Positions 26,566 to 36,721 of a stretch of 64,000 nucleotides of DNA are shown in pieces (the first letter of the stretch is position 1; each line of letters opens with the position of its first letter). Position numbers and translations under genes: made by a program. The DNA is from Escherichia phage vB_EcoM_ULIM9. The notes under the pieces were generated by a model. It saw only the letters and a list, made by a program, of their open reading frames with translations, was not told the origin of the DNA and ran no database searches. The stretch lies in the sequence record OQ850288, one strand, 5' to 3'.

Positions 26566-27565
26566 AAGTGAAATCGTCTTTCTTGTTTCTTTCCTGATAA
26601 GCTAAGAAAAAGTGTTGCTGCATTAACTCTAAAGGTGTTCTGGTAATTGTTTGACCATCCCATGATACATAAGTGTATGACTCTTTCTTAGCATAAAGTT
26701 CATAGATAGCATCAAGACACTCTTTATAAGTATTTTTACCTTCAAGGGCTTTCATTACAGTAGCCTTACCAACGCCCTTTAAACCAAAATAATTATCAGC
26801 ATTGTCACCAGCCACAGCTTGATAACAAAGGAATTTAAAACCTACACCAACTGTCTTCTTAGCTTTTGGTGTTGATTTTATTGGGCAATCCCAAATTTCA
26901 CCTACGTTGTTGTCAGCAATGAAAATCAAAGGCGACTTTTCATAGGTCATATCAATGCAGTAAGTCCCTTCAGCTTGGCGAAGGTCTTTATCAATACTCA
27001 TCAAGGCAGCCTTTTTACCCATCTTTTCAGCTTTAGCAATAACGATAGAATCGGCTTCAAATCCATCAAGAATTAGTTTGAACTCTGGTCTTGACAGAAG
27101 GTATTCACGACAAGCGACTAAGTGTGTTGGTGTGACGGCATCTTTACGGTTACCTTGATATTGGTGCTCAAGACCTTTAATGTCTTTATGCTTATGTACA
27201 CCTTTCTCTGTTAAATAACCTACCCAAGTTCTCTCTTTACCAACCACCTTAAGCCATTCCTGAAGAACCTGTTGAGTAGCCATGATAGCTTCTTTTTCAC
27301 TCTTAGCTTCTTTCCAAGTCTGTCTTTCCCATTCATCTTCATCAAATGTCAGGCCAAGTTCTTCCACAAGGATTCTCTGGTCTGCTAACCATCTTGCAGC
27401 ATCTTTCGCATTATCAAATGGCTCAGACTCTTCTGCTGTGAGTTTATTGACATATTTATATTTTGCTTTCTCAACTACACAAGCCCCTTTATAGGCAATA
27501 CTATCAGAGTCAATAAAGACATGTGTAACTGAATCGGGAAGCTTTGTTAATGTGTACTTCTCCAT
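26519..27565 (-). CDS. 5'-3' exonuclease / flap endonuclease (FEN/RNase H family)
   Basis: N-terminal acidic cluster VFIDSDSIAYKGA and downstream EADSIVIA...SIDKDLRQ typical of FEN-family nucleases. Confidence 0.65.
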   Translation of the reverse strand: MEKYTLTKLPDSVTHVFIDSDSIAYKGACVVEKAKYKYVNKLTAEESEPFDNAKDAARWLADQRILVEELGLTFDEDEWERQTWKEAKSEKEAIMATQQVLQEWLKVVGKERTWVGYLTEKGVHKHKDIKGLEHQYQGNRKDAVTPTHLVACREYLLSRPEFKLILDGFEADSIVIAKAEKMGKKAALMSIDKDLRQAEGTYCIDMTYEKSPLIFIADNNVGEIWDCPIKSTPKAKKTVGVGFKFLCYQAVAGDNADNYFGLKGVGKATVMKALEGKNTYKECLDAIYELYAKKESYTYVSWDGQTITRTPLELMQQHFFLAYQERNKKDDFTFDKYGWTPNVNPTNS

Positions 27566-27579
27566 TATGGCTCTCCATA

Positions 27580-27610
27580 TGAAAAAGCCCCATACTAAGT
27601 ACAGGGCTTT
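27580..27610 (-). terminator. intrinsic terminator
   Basis: plus-strand gaaaaAGCCCcatactaagtacaGGGCTtt 3' of the SSB-like gene. Confidence 0.45.
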
Positions 27611-27627
27611 AAAGTAACTTTTAGAGA

Positions 27628-28485
27628 TTAATCTTCTGTATCGAAGTCTTCATCTTCTTCGTCATCTGGGTCTGGCAAGTCTTCATCATCGCCATCATCA
27701 GAATTATTCGAAGGTTTGTGGTCTGTTGCGTCTTCTTCAGTGATTTCACCGTTATCTTCAACACCATCAAGACCAAGCATAGCCAGTTCGTCTTCATCCA
27801 GTTCAGGTTCACCATTAGCACCGTTACCACCAGTGTAAGGTACAAGAGTATCAATGATAAACTGTTCCTGAATAGGTTTTGTCAGAACATTGTTCTCAAA
27901 AGTGTAGAAGTGAGTAGAAAGAATCACACTACCAAAAGAACCGTTACCAACTGCAATATCTGGATGAATTACATCATAGTTCTTGTCATCTTCATGTTTA
28001 TCAGATGCTTGAGCTTTGATTTTCTTCATTGGCTGCTTAACAGCTACACGCTTACCATTTACTTCTTCAATCAGCATTACAGGGAATGACTGTTTAGCTG
28101 TCCATACAGCACCATCCTTATAAGCTGCTGCACGACTTACTTTCAAGATGTAGTAAGTGTCTGCTTCAAATGGTGGTTTGCAGCCAAACTTCTCTTCGAA
28201 GTCATCTGCATCAACTGCTTCAGTAGTAACTTTATCCCACCCTTCTGGATTTTTCTTAGACTTAGTAAACTCTTTAAAGAGCTTGTTACCGTCTTCTGCC
28301 AGAATTGATACGCTGTAGTTACAGTCTTTTCCTGGGAATTTCTTATCAATTGATTTACCTTTTCCCGGACGTGGTGAAGTGTTCAGGTAATAAAACCAGA
28401 CATCTTTCAGCAGGTAACGCAGAGTTTGACGTTCAGTACCGTTGTACTTCTCTACCGGAGCTTTCATTTTAACAACTTTAGACAT
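27628..28485 (-). CDS. putative single-stranded DNA-binding protein with acidic C-terminal tail
   Basis: 285 aa; C-terminus DDGDDEDLPDPDDEEDEDFDTED; sits in the replication module. Confidence 0.5.
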   Translation of the reverse strand: MSKVVKMKAPVEKYNGTERQTLRYLLKDVWFYYLNTSPRPGKGKSIDKKFPGKDCNYSVSILAEDGNKLFKEFTKSKKNPEGWDKVTTEAVDADDFEEKFGCKPPFEADTYYILKVSRAAAYKDGAVWTAKQSFPVMLIEEVNGKRVAVKQPMKKIKAQASDKHEDDKNYDVIHPDIAVGNGSFGSVILSTHFYTFENNVLTKPIQEQFIIDTLVPYTGGNGANGEPELDEDELAMLGLDGVEDNGEITEEDATDHKPSNNSDDGDDEDLPDPDDEEDEDFDTED

Positions 28486-28521
28486 TATTTAAACCTCTAT
28501 CTCAATTTATGAAGAGTACCA

Positions 28522-28550
28522 ATTCTAATTTGTTGATACTCTATTGTCAA
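28522..28550 (-). promoter_or_regulatory. sigma70-like promoter TTGACA-17-TAGAAT
   Basis: minus strand reads TTGACAatagagtatcaacaaatTAGAAT about 35 nt upstream of the SSB-like start. Confidence 0.55.
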
Positions 28551-28703
28551 ACATTAATTACTGGAAGTTGTGCTTATCTTTAGAAGCTGCTTTACGTGCA
28601 GTTTTTCCAGTTCTTACACGTTTTTCTTCATAGTATTTTGCTGGTTTTCCAGCAGTGGCTTTTAAGGAATCCCCAAAAACTTTTTCAAATGCTTTAGAGT
28701 GTT

Positions 28704-28997
28704 TCATGATATTCTCCGATATACTTGATATTCAAACACATTTTCTTTCATTATAAACAGCCAACCAATATTATGCTGAGGCAGTGTAATGATGACTGTA
28801 ATCATACTTTGATGGAACTGTTGTTCTATTTCAACTTCTCCATCGCATTTCATGTGGAGCATTCTATAGAACCTATCAATCTTTGTCAAACACTCTTCAT
28901 GAAATTTATTTAAACTTTTTTCTTCAAATAAGGGTGTGAACCCCTCTCTTTTATAGCTATCACTCAGTTTCGAACGGGCAGTCATCTGCATCCTCAC
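28704..28997 (-). CDS. hypothetical protein
   Basis: 97-aa ORF; stop overlaps (ATGA) an unannotated 55-aa basic ORF running to about 28540. Confidence 0.35.
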   Translation of the reverse strand: MRMQMTARSKLSDSYKREGFTPLFEEKSLNKFHEECLTKIDRFYRMLHMKCDGEVEIEQQFHQSMITVIITLPQHNIGWLFIMKENVFEYQVYRRIS

Positions 28998-30945
28998 TTA
29001 ATACAGGTGGAATCGTTGAGCTTTGACGCTGCTCTTCAGTATAGACTTCACCAGTCTCACGGTCAAACACTTCATCCTCATAATGTGGCAAAGAGTCATC
29101 GTAATGGTCTTCAGCTTCACCAATACCAAACTGTTGGCGAATATTTTCTGCTGCACCATCAATGTCAACTCCACAACCAGAGGCTTTAATGAGACGTCCT
29201 GTATCTGGATTGTACCAAGTATGACCAGCAATACCTGTTGACTTACCGTGACGACGGCATTTAGTTAACTTGATTTTTGTCAAGTTTTTCTTAACAGGGT
29301 CTGGGTCAACCTTGTTACGCATTAACAGAATGTTGTTCATAGAAATCTGGAAATACGCACCAGAACCTTTAATATCCTCTTCAGAGATATCTCCACCTTC
29401 GGAGTTAGCCTTCTGACCACCTGCACTCTTACGAACGTGACAGACGTTCACCTGTGCATACTGGTAGCGTTTGCAACGACGCAATAGCTCAGACAAAACT
29501 TCTTCTTCATCCGTATCAGAACGTGACAGGGCTAACGTGATAGGGTCAAGAATGATAATCTTACAGTCTAAACTGTTAACAAGATAGTCAACAAACTCTA
29601 GCAGGTTATCTTGGTCAATTGCCCCTTGATGGTCTACGATGTGGATACGACGACCTTTAGACAGTTCTGCGTGTGCTTCCTTCAATTCATCCCAATCACG
29701 TTCGTCATAAGGAATCTCAGAAATCTGCTTGCTCAGGTGGATTGCACAAAGCATCTCCATCAACTCTTCATAGGTATCTTCTACAGGAATTACACCAATA
29801 TTGTAATCGGTATCTTTCCAAGCAGTATAAATCATTTCACGAGTGTATGCAGATTTACCCACTGAAGATGGTGCTGCCAGAGTTGTAATCTCACCTAAAC
29901 CGTAACCACCATAAGTCAGTCTGTTCAAATCCCCGAAAGATTCTGGGAAAGGAATCAATGGAATCTGACCACGATTCTTCATTGCCTCAAAACCATCTGC
30001 GAAGTTCTTGATACCAGCAGGACAGTAACGAGGTGCATTGTAGATACGCTGCTTAAACCCCTCCAGAACTGTATCTTTCTCTTTATAGAACTTTGTCCAC
30101 CACTCGTTAAGGTCTTTTACACCTTCTGGATACTGGAATAAACGAACCTTCTCAATAGGTAGGATACCAGCAGCCTCTTTAGTGGCTTTAGCACCTGCTT
30201 CATCGTTATCAAAGCACAAGTAAATCTCATCAAATGATGTAATGTACTGATAGTTATCCTTGATAGACTTGATGTTTGCACCTGATGGAACAGATACGTG
30301 ACAGTAATTCTTACGACGAGACTTATCTTTAATCGCAAGAGAAGTCATATAGATTGCTGTCGCACATTCCATCTCACCTTCCCAGATGAATAGACGGTTA
30401 CCACCTTCTGGAGCAATCCATGAACCGAACATTGCCAGTTCGCCTTTAATGTCTCCAACACCACCTGAGAAGTCTTTTAGCTTACCTCGTAGGTGTTCTT
30501 TTGGATGGTCTTCTGGATAGCGATGACGTACACGGTAGCCAACGTGCTCTAGCTTACCATCTTCATTACGTTTGTAAGTTGGATAGAAATGCGCATCAAT
30601 TTCACCGTCACTGTCAATGTCAACCTTGATACCCAATCGCTCAAGAACTTTTGCAGGAATCTTCCTGTCTTTTAAGTCCATTGCTTCAAGGTTTTCTTTT
30701 ACATCGTCTAAATCCATTCCACGGAAAGTACGGTTTTTATTGTCTGAACCAGTAGAATAAGTGCTCACGATTTGTCCTTTATCAAAATCCCACTCTGGGA
30801 AACCTTTGTTACAACTAAAGCAAGTCATTGAATAAGAATCATCGTCATGATGATAGATTGAACCAGCATCTGATGAACCACAACGTGGACATGCGCAATG
30901 ACCAACAAACTGACCAGCCTCTTTCAATTTACGACCTTTAGACAT
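28960..30945 (-). CDS. DNA primase-helicase (zinc-ribbon primase plus DnaB-like helicase)
   Basis: N-terminal CACPRCGS...CFSCNKGF zinc ribbon; Walker A GLGEITTLAAPSSVGKSA; start set to ATG 30945 with GAAGAGGTG RBS (track start 30951 is GTG). Confidence 0.85.
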   Translation of the reverse strand: MSKGRKLKEAGQFVGHCACPRCGSSDAGSIYHHDDDSYSMTCFSCNKGFPEWDFDKGQIVSTYSTGSDNKNRTFRGMDLDDVKENLEAMDLKDRKIPAKVLERLGIKVDIDSDGEIDAHFYPTYKRNEDGKLEHVGYRVRHRYPEDHPKEHLRGKLKDFSGGVGDIKGELAMFGSWIAPEGGNRLFIWEGEMECATAIYMTSLAIKDKSRRKNYCHVSVPSGANIKSIKDNYQYITSFDEIYLCFDNDEAGAKATKEAAGILPIEKVRLFQYPEGVKDLNEWWTKFYKEKDTVLEGFKQRIYNAPRYCPAGIKNFADGFEAMKNRGQIPLIPFPESFGDLNRLTYGGYGLGEITTLAAPSSVGKSAYTREMIYTAWKDTDYNIGVIPVEDTYEELMEMLCAIHLSKQISEIPYDERDWDELKEAHAELSKGRRIHIVDHQGAIDQDNLLEFVDYLVNSLDCKIIILDPITLALSRSDTDEEEVLSELLRRCKRYQYAQVNVCHVRKSAGGQKANSEGGDISEEDIKGSGAYFQISMNNILLMRNKVDPDPVKKNLTKIKLTKCRRHGKSTGIAGHTWYNPDTGRLIKASGCGVDIDGAAENIRQQFGIGEAEDHYDDSLPHYEDEVFDRETGEVYTEEQRQSSTIPPVLSEDADDCPFETE

Positions 30946-31138
30946 TAGCACCTCTTCGTTGTAGTTCTGCCTTCAATCCGTTTTCAATCTTGTCCAGTTC
31001 ATGAATTTCATCTGCAATCTCTTTCCTTCGTGATTCAACTCTCTTAAGACGTTCAATCATTACCTCATTGGAAAGAGATGAGAGTTCCACTAAACGGTGG
31101 TCAATAACTTTAAAATTGTCTTTTACTCTCATCTTCAT
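30938..31138 (-). CDS. hypothetical coiled-coil protein
   Basis: 66-aa ORF. Confidence 0.35.
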   Translation of the reverse strand: MKMRVKDNFKVIDHRLVELSSLSNEVMIERLKRVESRRKEIADEIHELDKIENGLKAELQRRGANV

Positions 31139-31146
31139 TCTCTCTT

Positions 31147-31890
31147 TTAAACTTTAATGATGGCTCTTAGCTTGTTCTCAAGGTCTGCAAGAGTACCATT
31201 ATTATGAATAATGTCACGCTCATATTTTGTAGAAATCCCATTTTCTGAAACATGTGATGAAACTTTGTCCACATTGTCTCTTTTTACTTCAATAGTTTGG
31301 TGTGCAAATCTACTCAGCCATTCAGCTTCAGAGTCAAATCTTAAATCACTGATTAAGACAAAACCATATTGATTTCTGAGTGAGCACATTTCATGGAATC
31401 TAACCATTCTTTTTTCAAGGTCTTTAGACCAGAACTTGTCGCCCATAACTTTACGGATAACTTCAGTACCCCAAATCTGTTGAATTTGTCTTGATGAGAA
31501 TTTATACTTTTTGCTAAACCCCAGACGTGTCAATAGAGTCGGTTTAGCAACCTTCTTAAGCTCCATGATTAATCGTCCGGTTAACTCTGACATAAGCTTG
31601 AAGTCCATATGGTAACGTTCATCTCTGAAGGTGAACTCCATAGCTTCCGTAACTTTAAACATCAGTTCAGGATATGATAAGTCAAAAACCTGCGGAGCCT
31701 CTTTAGTTTCACCGTACAGGTCATTCCAAGTCAAGTCAAATATCTTTGATGCAGATAGTTTAAGGTTGTCTGCAAAGGCCATTACTTCAACATTGTAGCC
31801 ATACTCATCCTCTAAGATGTTCTTCACAATAGAACATGAGGTGTCTTTTCCAGAACGTGCCTTTCCAGTAAATGCGATAATATTACTCAT
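31147..31890 (-). CDS. P-loop nucleotide kinase (dNMP kinase-like)
   Basis: N-terminal IAFTGKARSGKDT Walker A; 247 aa. Confidence 0.5.
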   Translation of the reverse strand: MSNIIAFTGKARSGKDTSCSIVKNILEDEYGYNVEVMAFADNLKLSASKIFDLTWNDLYGETKEAPQVFDLSYPELMFKVTEAMEFTFRDERYHMDFKLMSELTGRLIMELKKVAKPTLLTRLGFSKKYKFSSRQIQQIWGTEVIRKVMGDKFWSKDLEKRMVRFHEMCSLRNQYGFVLISDLRFDSEAEWLSRFAHQTIEVKRDNVDKVSSHVSENGISTKYERDIIHNNGTLADLENKLRAIIKV

Positions 31891-31907
31891 TTTATCTCCC
31901 TTAATTA

Positions 31908-31933
31908 CTAAAAAGCCCCCAACTAAGGAGGCT
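31908..31933 (-). terminator. intrinsic terminator (imperfect stem)
   Basis: plus-strand aaaaAGCCCCCaactaaGGAGGCTT. Confidence 0.4.
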
Positions 31934-31951
31934 TGTAAGATTTATAAAGAC

Positions 31952-32752
31952 TTAGTGCAGTTGCTCAGCATACTCTTTTTCAGCCATAGCTGAGATTTGC
32001 TTCACAAAATCATCACCGAAGTTAATGCGTAGTTTCTCTTCAATGATGGAAGCACCAATGTTCACCAAAACATCATTGATTGCTTGCATACTGACGCCAC
32101 CAGTCATCTCTTCAATGAACTCAATACTCACACCCATCATCTGTGAAAGTTGGATTAGTGCAACGATATTCATCATCGTAGAGATAGCTGGAATCATCAG
32201 TGCAACTTTCACCTGAAGCGGTTCTATATCAGCTACAGAGTCATTCTCAACAGCTTCTTCCAAAGACTCTTTAGTTTGCTGGATAATCTCCTTGATTCGT
32301 GGGTTTAGTTCTTCTACACCCCAATCAAGTTTTTCATATCGTGACAACTTCTCTTCCATTCGCTTCTCAAGAGCAGCCATAACAGAACTGGTTGATGAAA
32401 TTAACAGGTCAATTAGCTCATCATTACCTGCGAGTAGTAGCAAGTCTTTTTCTTCAGTGGTCATGGCAATATAGTCATTTTTCTGCATCTCATAAAAAAT
32501 GAACTCTGCAAGAGCATCAACACCTACAACGATAGATGCTAAAGCAAGTGTTTTGTCGCAAAGCATCATGTTAACCTGTTCTGCAAAAGCACCGTTATCA
32601 GACTTGTCTTCAGGCAAGTTATAGCTTGAAGGCATAAACTGTTCTGTGTAGTTGTTGCCACGAAGAATCATAGCCATGCTTTCTACGGCATTGATTAAGA
32701 ATGCTTCATCAACACCTTTCTCTTCAAGCATCTTTTCTACATCGATATTCAT
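31952..32752 (-). CDS. hypothetical acidic protein
   Basis: 266-aa ORF. Confidence 0.4.
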   Translation of the reverse strand: MNIDVEKMLEEKGVDEAFLINAVESMAMILRGNNYTEQFMPSSYNLPEDKSDNGAFAEQVNMMLCDKTLALASIVVGVDALAEFIFYEMQKNDYIAMTTEEKDLLLLAGNDELIDLLISSTSSVMAALEKRMEEKLSRYEKLDWGVEELNPRIKEIIQQTKESLEEAVENDSVADIEPLQVKVALMIPAISTMMNIVALIQLSQMMGVSIEFIEEMTGGVSMQAINDVLVNIGASIIEEKLRINFGDDFVKQISAMAEKEYAEQLH

Positions 32753-32753
32753 A

Positions 32754-33176
32754 TTATTTCTCTCTCAGTTGGTTAAGTTTCTTTCTAGAACATTTTAAGT
32801 TTTCAGATGAAGAAAAGTCAAGTGTCTTTTCAGAACGTGGATAATAGTGCCTATCCCAAGAAGTTTCAACATCGTTAATCAGTGACGCTAGATTACACAG
32901 GTCTGTACCACTTTGCAACTTCTTTTTAAGAGAATCTAGTAAAGCAACTGTGTCTTTAGCTTTACGTCTCGCTGTAGCAACATCTTTCATATGCTCAAAT
33001 ACAGAGCATTTTAAGTCATCTTCATAGTTTTCAGACAACTCTATTTCATGTTGTATATCAACCATTCTCCTGTGATGGTGAGCATATTCCCGTTGAGCAG
33101 CAATGTCAAGTTCTTCCAACTTCTGCAAAGCTCTAACAAAGTCAGCTATGTCTGGGTGAACAAACATTTTCTGCAT
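32754..33176 (-). CDS. hypothetical protein
   Basis: 140-aa ORF; first gene of the leftward unit diverging from the polymerase gene. Confidence 0.4.
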   Translation of the reverse strand: MQKMFVHPDIADFVRALQKLEELDIAAQREYAHHHRRMVDIQHEIELSENYEDDLKCSVFEHMKDVATARRKAKDTVALLDSLKKKLQSGTDLCNLASLINDVETSWDRHYYPRSEKTLDFSSSENLKCSRKKLNQLREK

Positions 33177-33433
33177 GTAAGCCTCTTTTAAGTAACTATT
33201 AAGTTTTAATCTTTTATCTTAACGTATTCTATACGTTATACTTTAAAGCTTTTTAAAAGCTATTAAATAATCTTTTAAGAGTTTTAAAGTATCTGTATAG
33301 TTAAACTGTTAAGTAACCTTTTAAGTAAAAACCCACTTCGCAAAGATTAACACCTTGTCAAGTACATTGTCAACTTGCTTTTTATAATTTTTTGCAGTAA
33401 TGTATGAGGTTAATGATTTTAGAGGGAGTAAAA
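33177..33433. promoter_or_regulatory. AT-rich divergent intergenic region with repeated CTTTTAAG motifs
   Basis: ORF-free stretch between the divergent genes 32754..33176 (-) and DNA polymerase (+); TATAAT at 33383-33388. Confidence 0.4.
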
Positions 33434-36133
33434 ATGGAAAACGTAGATTTTAAGAACTTACATTTAGTTGGTGATACAGAAACTGATGGTTTACTCCTTG
33501 AGTTCACTAAAGTTCACGTAATGGCTTTTGCAGACTATAAATCTGACGATGAAGAGCCACCTGTATGGGTCTTCACAGATGAGCCTATCCTCGGTCACAA
33601 GTACACTAAGTACATTAAGGGTGGTTTACGTGAAGGTGTTGAGTTTGCGTTAAAGGCAAAACGACTTTGTATCCATAATGGTCTCGGTTATGACTGGTGG
33701 GTTTTCAATCACATTGCACCGGATTTATGGAACTTTGATAATCCAAAATGTAAGCCGTGGAGTAATTTCTTTCAGGACTCTCTTATCCAGTCTCGTGTTC
33801 AGTGGATGGATAGACCAACTCCAAAGGGTTATAAAGGTGCTCATGGTTTGGCTGCATGGGGTGCTCGTGTTGGTGTTCGTAAGCCAGAGATTGAGCATTG
33901 GGGTGTGTGGAATGCAGAAATCTTCACTCGTGTTGTAGAAGATATTCGTATTAACGCCAAAACTAAACGGGCACTTGATAATGAGTATCTCAAGCTTAAG
34001 AAGTGTGGCATAGACACTTATGAAACCTACATGCGAGCTAAAGAAACATCTTTCTGGATGAGTCAACAAGCTATCAATGGCTGGAAAGCTGATAAAGAGC
34101 TTATGGAGTTCCATGTAAAGGAACTTGACAAGTTGACTAATGAGCTTGCTTCAGAGGTTGAACCACATCTACCACCAACTATTAAGACCAAAGGTAAAGT
34201 CACTGGAGAAGAGTTTGCAAAAGCTTGGAATGAGTATGTTGAAACATTTGGTCATGCAGATGGACTGAAAAGAATTACCAAGTACCCTAAGACAAAGTAT
34301 CGTCAGCAGGTACGTAATGGTGAGATGCAGACATATGAAATCAAGCCATTTGGTAAGCCAACTACAAAGATTTTTAACATTGAAAAGAGAAATTGCTATA
34401 CACCAACCAACTCTGTAACTGGTGAAGAGTACAAGGAAGGCTTTGTAGCAATGAAGGATGCTCGTGCAATTTGCAATGAGTTGAATGCAAAGATTGGTAA
34501 GAAATGCAAAGACTGGAAGCCAGTAAAAACAGTCAAAACTGTGAAGTACTATAACAGCCACGTTGTTAACCACTTTGAGCTTGAGTCAAGTCGCTACACA
34601 GGTTTGATTGATGCACCATATACACCAATTGAGTTTGAAGTTTCTCGTATGACTCAGGTAGCAGTTGTTAAAGACTACTTGAAATCAGTTGGTTGGATTC
34701 CAGATGACTGGAACTACAAGAAAGACTCAGACGGTCGCCCTATCAAAGTTTGTCGTTTCAAAGACAATAAAAAGATGATTACAAAACATCCTAAGTGGCA
34801 GGAAATGGTTGAGCGGTGCGGTTTGAGCTATGTTGAGCATGAAGGTGTACAGTACATTGAGCATAACTGGTCTGTTAAGAAGTACACAGACTTACTTGAA
34901 CCTTGTCTGATTAGGACTTCACCAAAACTTACTGAATCATCTTATGATACGATTGAAGGTGAGCTTGGACAGAAGATTGCTAAGTACTATACTTTGATGC
35001 ACCGACGCAGAACTATTGAGAACTCAAAGGATGATGAAAAAGGTTGGTTGAACCAGATTCGTCCTGATGGTCGCCTTAGTGCTGGTGCAATGGTGTTTGG
35101 TACTTCAACTGGACGTATGACACAATATGGTATTGTAAACGTACCGTCTGGTGCTGCTGTCTATGGAGCACCTATGAGGGCAGTGTGGATTTGTGAAGAG
35201 GGGACTAACATTGTTTCTGTTGACCAGAACTCAGCCCAGCTAGTTCTTCTTTGTAACTTTATGGGTGATGAAGACTTCACTAAAGCGGTAACTGAGGGTA
35301 AAGAGTCAGTAGAATTTACCAAGCAAGAAGATGGGAGATATTATTGCAAACATCTTGATAAGTACCTTAATCCAGAAACTGATAAGTATCTTCGTTATGA
35401 TGCTGAGAATGACCTCTATGAAGTCTACACAGGTACTGATGCACATACACTGAATAGTATTTACTTTGGTCTGAACAAGGAAGAAGACATTGTTCGTTGT
35501 AGGGAGACACAGGATGAGGAACTTCTCCACGAGATTACAAAAGGTCGTAAGAAGAGCAAAAATGGCATCTACGCCCTGTTATTTGGAGCCGGAGACGAGA
35601 AGTTTGCAAAAACTATCAAGGCATCATCTACGGAAGAAGGTGCATTGACTAAACAAACTTACTATATGCGTCTGCCAAAGATTAAGAAGTTGCTTGATAG
35701 CTTAGAAGCCGATTTTAAGGCGTCTAAAAAGGCTCTGGAAGAGGTTTTTGGGAAGAATTCTTCAATTGCTAAAGGTGGTTATATCAGGGTCGCTGGAGCA
35801 TGGATATGGTGCAAATCTCCACATAAACTACTGAACTACCTCCTGATGAGTTCGGAAGCACAGATTCAGAATGAGGCCATCAACCTAGCAGCAAGAAAAG
35901 CCTGTGAAGATGGCCTGACAAAACTGAATGCTCGAAAACCAGCTATCGGAGCAAGGTTACTTCTGGCATATCACGATGAAAATAGTTGGGAATGCCCAGA
36001 GGGTATGACACATGATATGAAAGCAATTGCTGACTGGATGTATGGACAAGCTTCAAAAAACTTAGGTTTGAGGAAAGAAACACTTGTAACTGGTACAGCA
36101 AAGGTTGGTAAGAGCTGGTTGGAGGTACATTGA
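33434..36133 (+). CDS. DNA polymerase with N-terminal 3'-5' exonuclease domain
   Basis: about 900 aa; Exo I-like LVGDTETDGL near the N-terminus; start set to ATG 33434 with GGGAG RBS. Confidence 0.8.
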   Translation: MENVDFKNLHLVGDTETDGLLLEFTKVHVMAFADYKSDDEEPPVWVFTDEPILGHKYTKYIKGGLREGVEFALKAKRLCIHNGLGYDWWVFNHIAPDLWNFDNPKCKPWSNFFQDSLIQSRVQWMDRPTPKGYKGAHGLAAWGARVGVRKPEIEHWGVWNAEIFTRVVEDIRINAKTKRALDNEYLKLKKCGIDTYETYMRAKETSFWMSQQAINGWKADKELMEFHVKELDKLTNELASEVEPHLPPTIKTKGKVTGEEFAKAWNEYVETFGHADGLKRITKYPKTKYRQQVRNGEMQTYEIKPFGKPTTKIFNIEKRNCYTPTNSVTGEEYKEGFVAMKDARAICNELNAKIGKKCKDWKPVKTVKTVKYYNSHVVNHFELESSRYTGLIDAPYTPIEFEVSRMTQVAVVKDYLKSVGWIPDDWNYKKDSDGRPIKVCRFKDNKKMITKHPKWQEMVERCGLSYVEHEGVQYIEHNWSVKKYTDLLEPCLIRTSPKLTESSYDTIEGELGQKIAKYYTLMHRRRTIENSKDDEKGWLNQIRPDGRLSAGAMVFGTSTGRMTQYGIVNVPSGAAVYGAPMRAVWICEEGTNIVSVDQNSAQLVLLCNFMGDEDFTKAVTEGKESVEFTKQEDGRYYCKHLDKYLNPETDKYLRYDAENDLYEVYTGTDAHTLNSIYFGLNKEEDIVRCRETQDEELLHEITKGRKKSKNGIYALLFGAGDEKFAKTIKASSTEEGALTKQTYYMRLPKIKKLLDSLEADFKASKKALEEVFGKNSSIAKGGYIRVAGAWIWCKSPHKLLNYLLMSSEAQIQNEAINLAARKACEDGLTKLNARKPAIGARLLLAYHDENSWECPEGMTHDMKAIADWMYGQASKNLGLRKETLVTGTAKVGKSWLEVH

Positions 36134-36136
36134 TTA

Positions 36137-36670
36137 ATGGATTTAATTTTACAAAAACGTTTAAAGGAGCTGCTGCACTATGACCCCGAAACAGGGGTCT
36201 TTACTTGGCTTCGTAGAGAAGGTAAATCAAGAGCTGTTAGTGTTTTTAACAGTAATTATGCAGGAAAGGTGGCAGGTAATATCCAGACTGATTCAAGTGG
36301 TCATAAACAGATTAGTATCTATTTTGACAAGAAAGCACATAAAGCACACAGGCTCGCATGGCTTTACGTGTATGGCAAGATGCCAAAAGGTATCATTGAC
36401 CATATCAACGGAGACTCGCTTGACAACAGGATTGTAAACTTAAGGGAAGCAGATGATTTTCAAAGTGCTTGGAATAAAGGTAAACCAGTCACCAATAAAT
36501 CTGGGTACAAGGGTGTAAGTCTTAAGAAGAAGTCTGGTAAGTGGGTCGCACAGATAAGTTATAAAGGTAAGAAGATGTTTTTAGGTCACCATGACACACC
36601 AGAAGAAGCCCATAAAGCTTACTGTGAAGCTGCTATTAAACTCCACGGAGAGTTTGCAAAACTAAGTTGA
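36137..36670 (+). CDS. HNH homing endonuclease (paralog 3)
   Basis: YDPETGVFTWLRR, IIDHINGDSLDNR and LHGEFAKLS shared with paralogs. Confidence 0.7.
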   Translation: MDLILQKRLKELLHYDPETGVFTWLRREGKSRAVSVFNSNYAGKVAGNIQTDSSGHKQISIYFDKKAHKAHRLAWLYVYGKMPKGIIDHINGDSLDNRIVNLREADDFQSAWNKGKPVTNKSGYKGVSLKKKSGKWVAQISYKGKKMFLGHHDTPEEAHKAYCEAAIKLHGEFAKLS

Positions 36671-36721
36671 CAAGGTTCTCATGGAAGAGTACCTTATACT
36701 ATATCTTATATAGGAGGGCTT

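Noticed and set aside
27621-27854. 77-aa ORF overlapping the acidic tail of the SSB-like gene
   Set aside because: It arises from the GAT/GAA-rich repeat read in another frame; no RBS.
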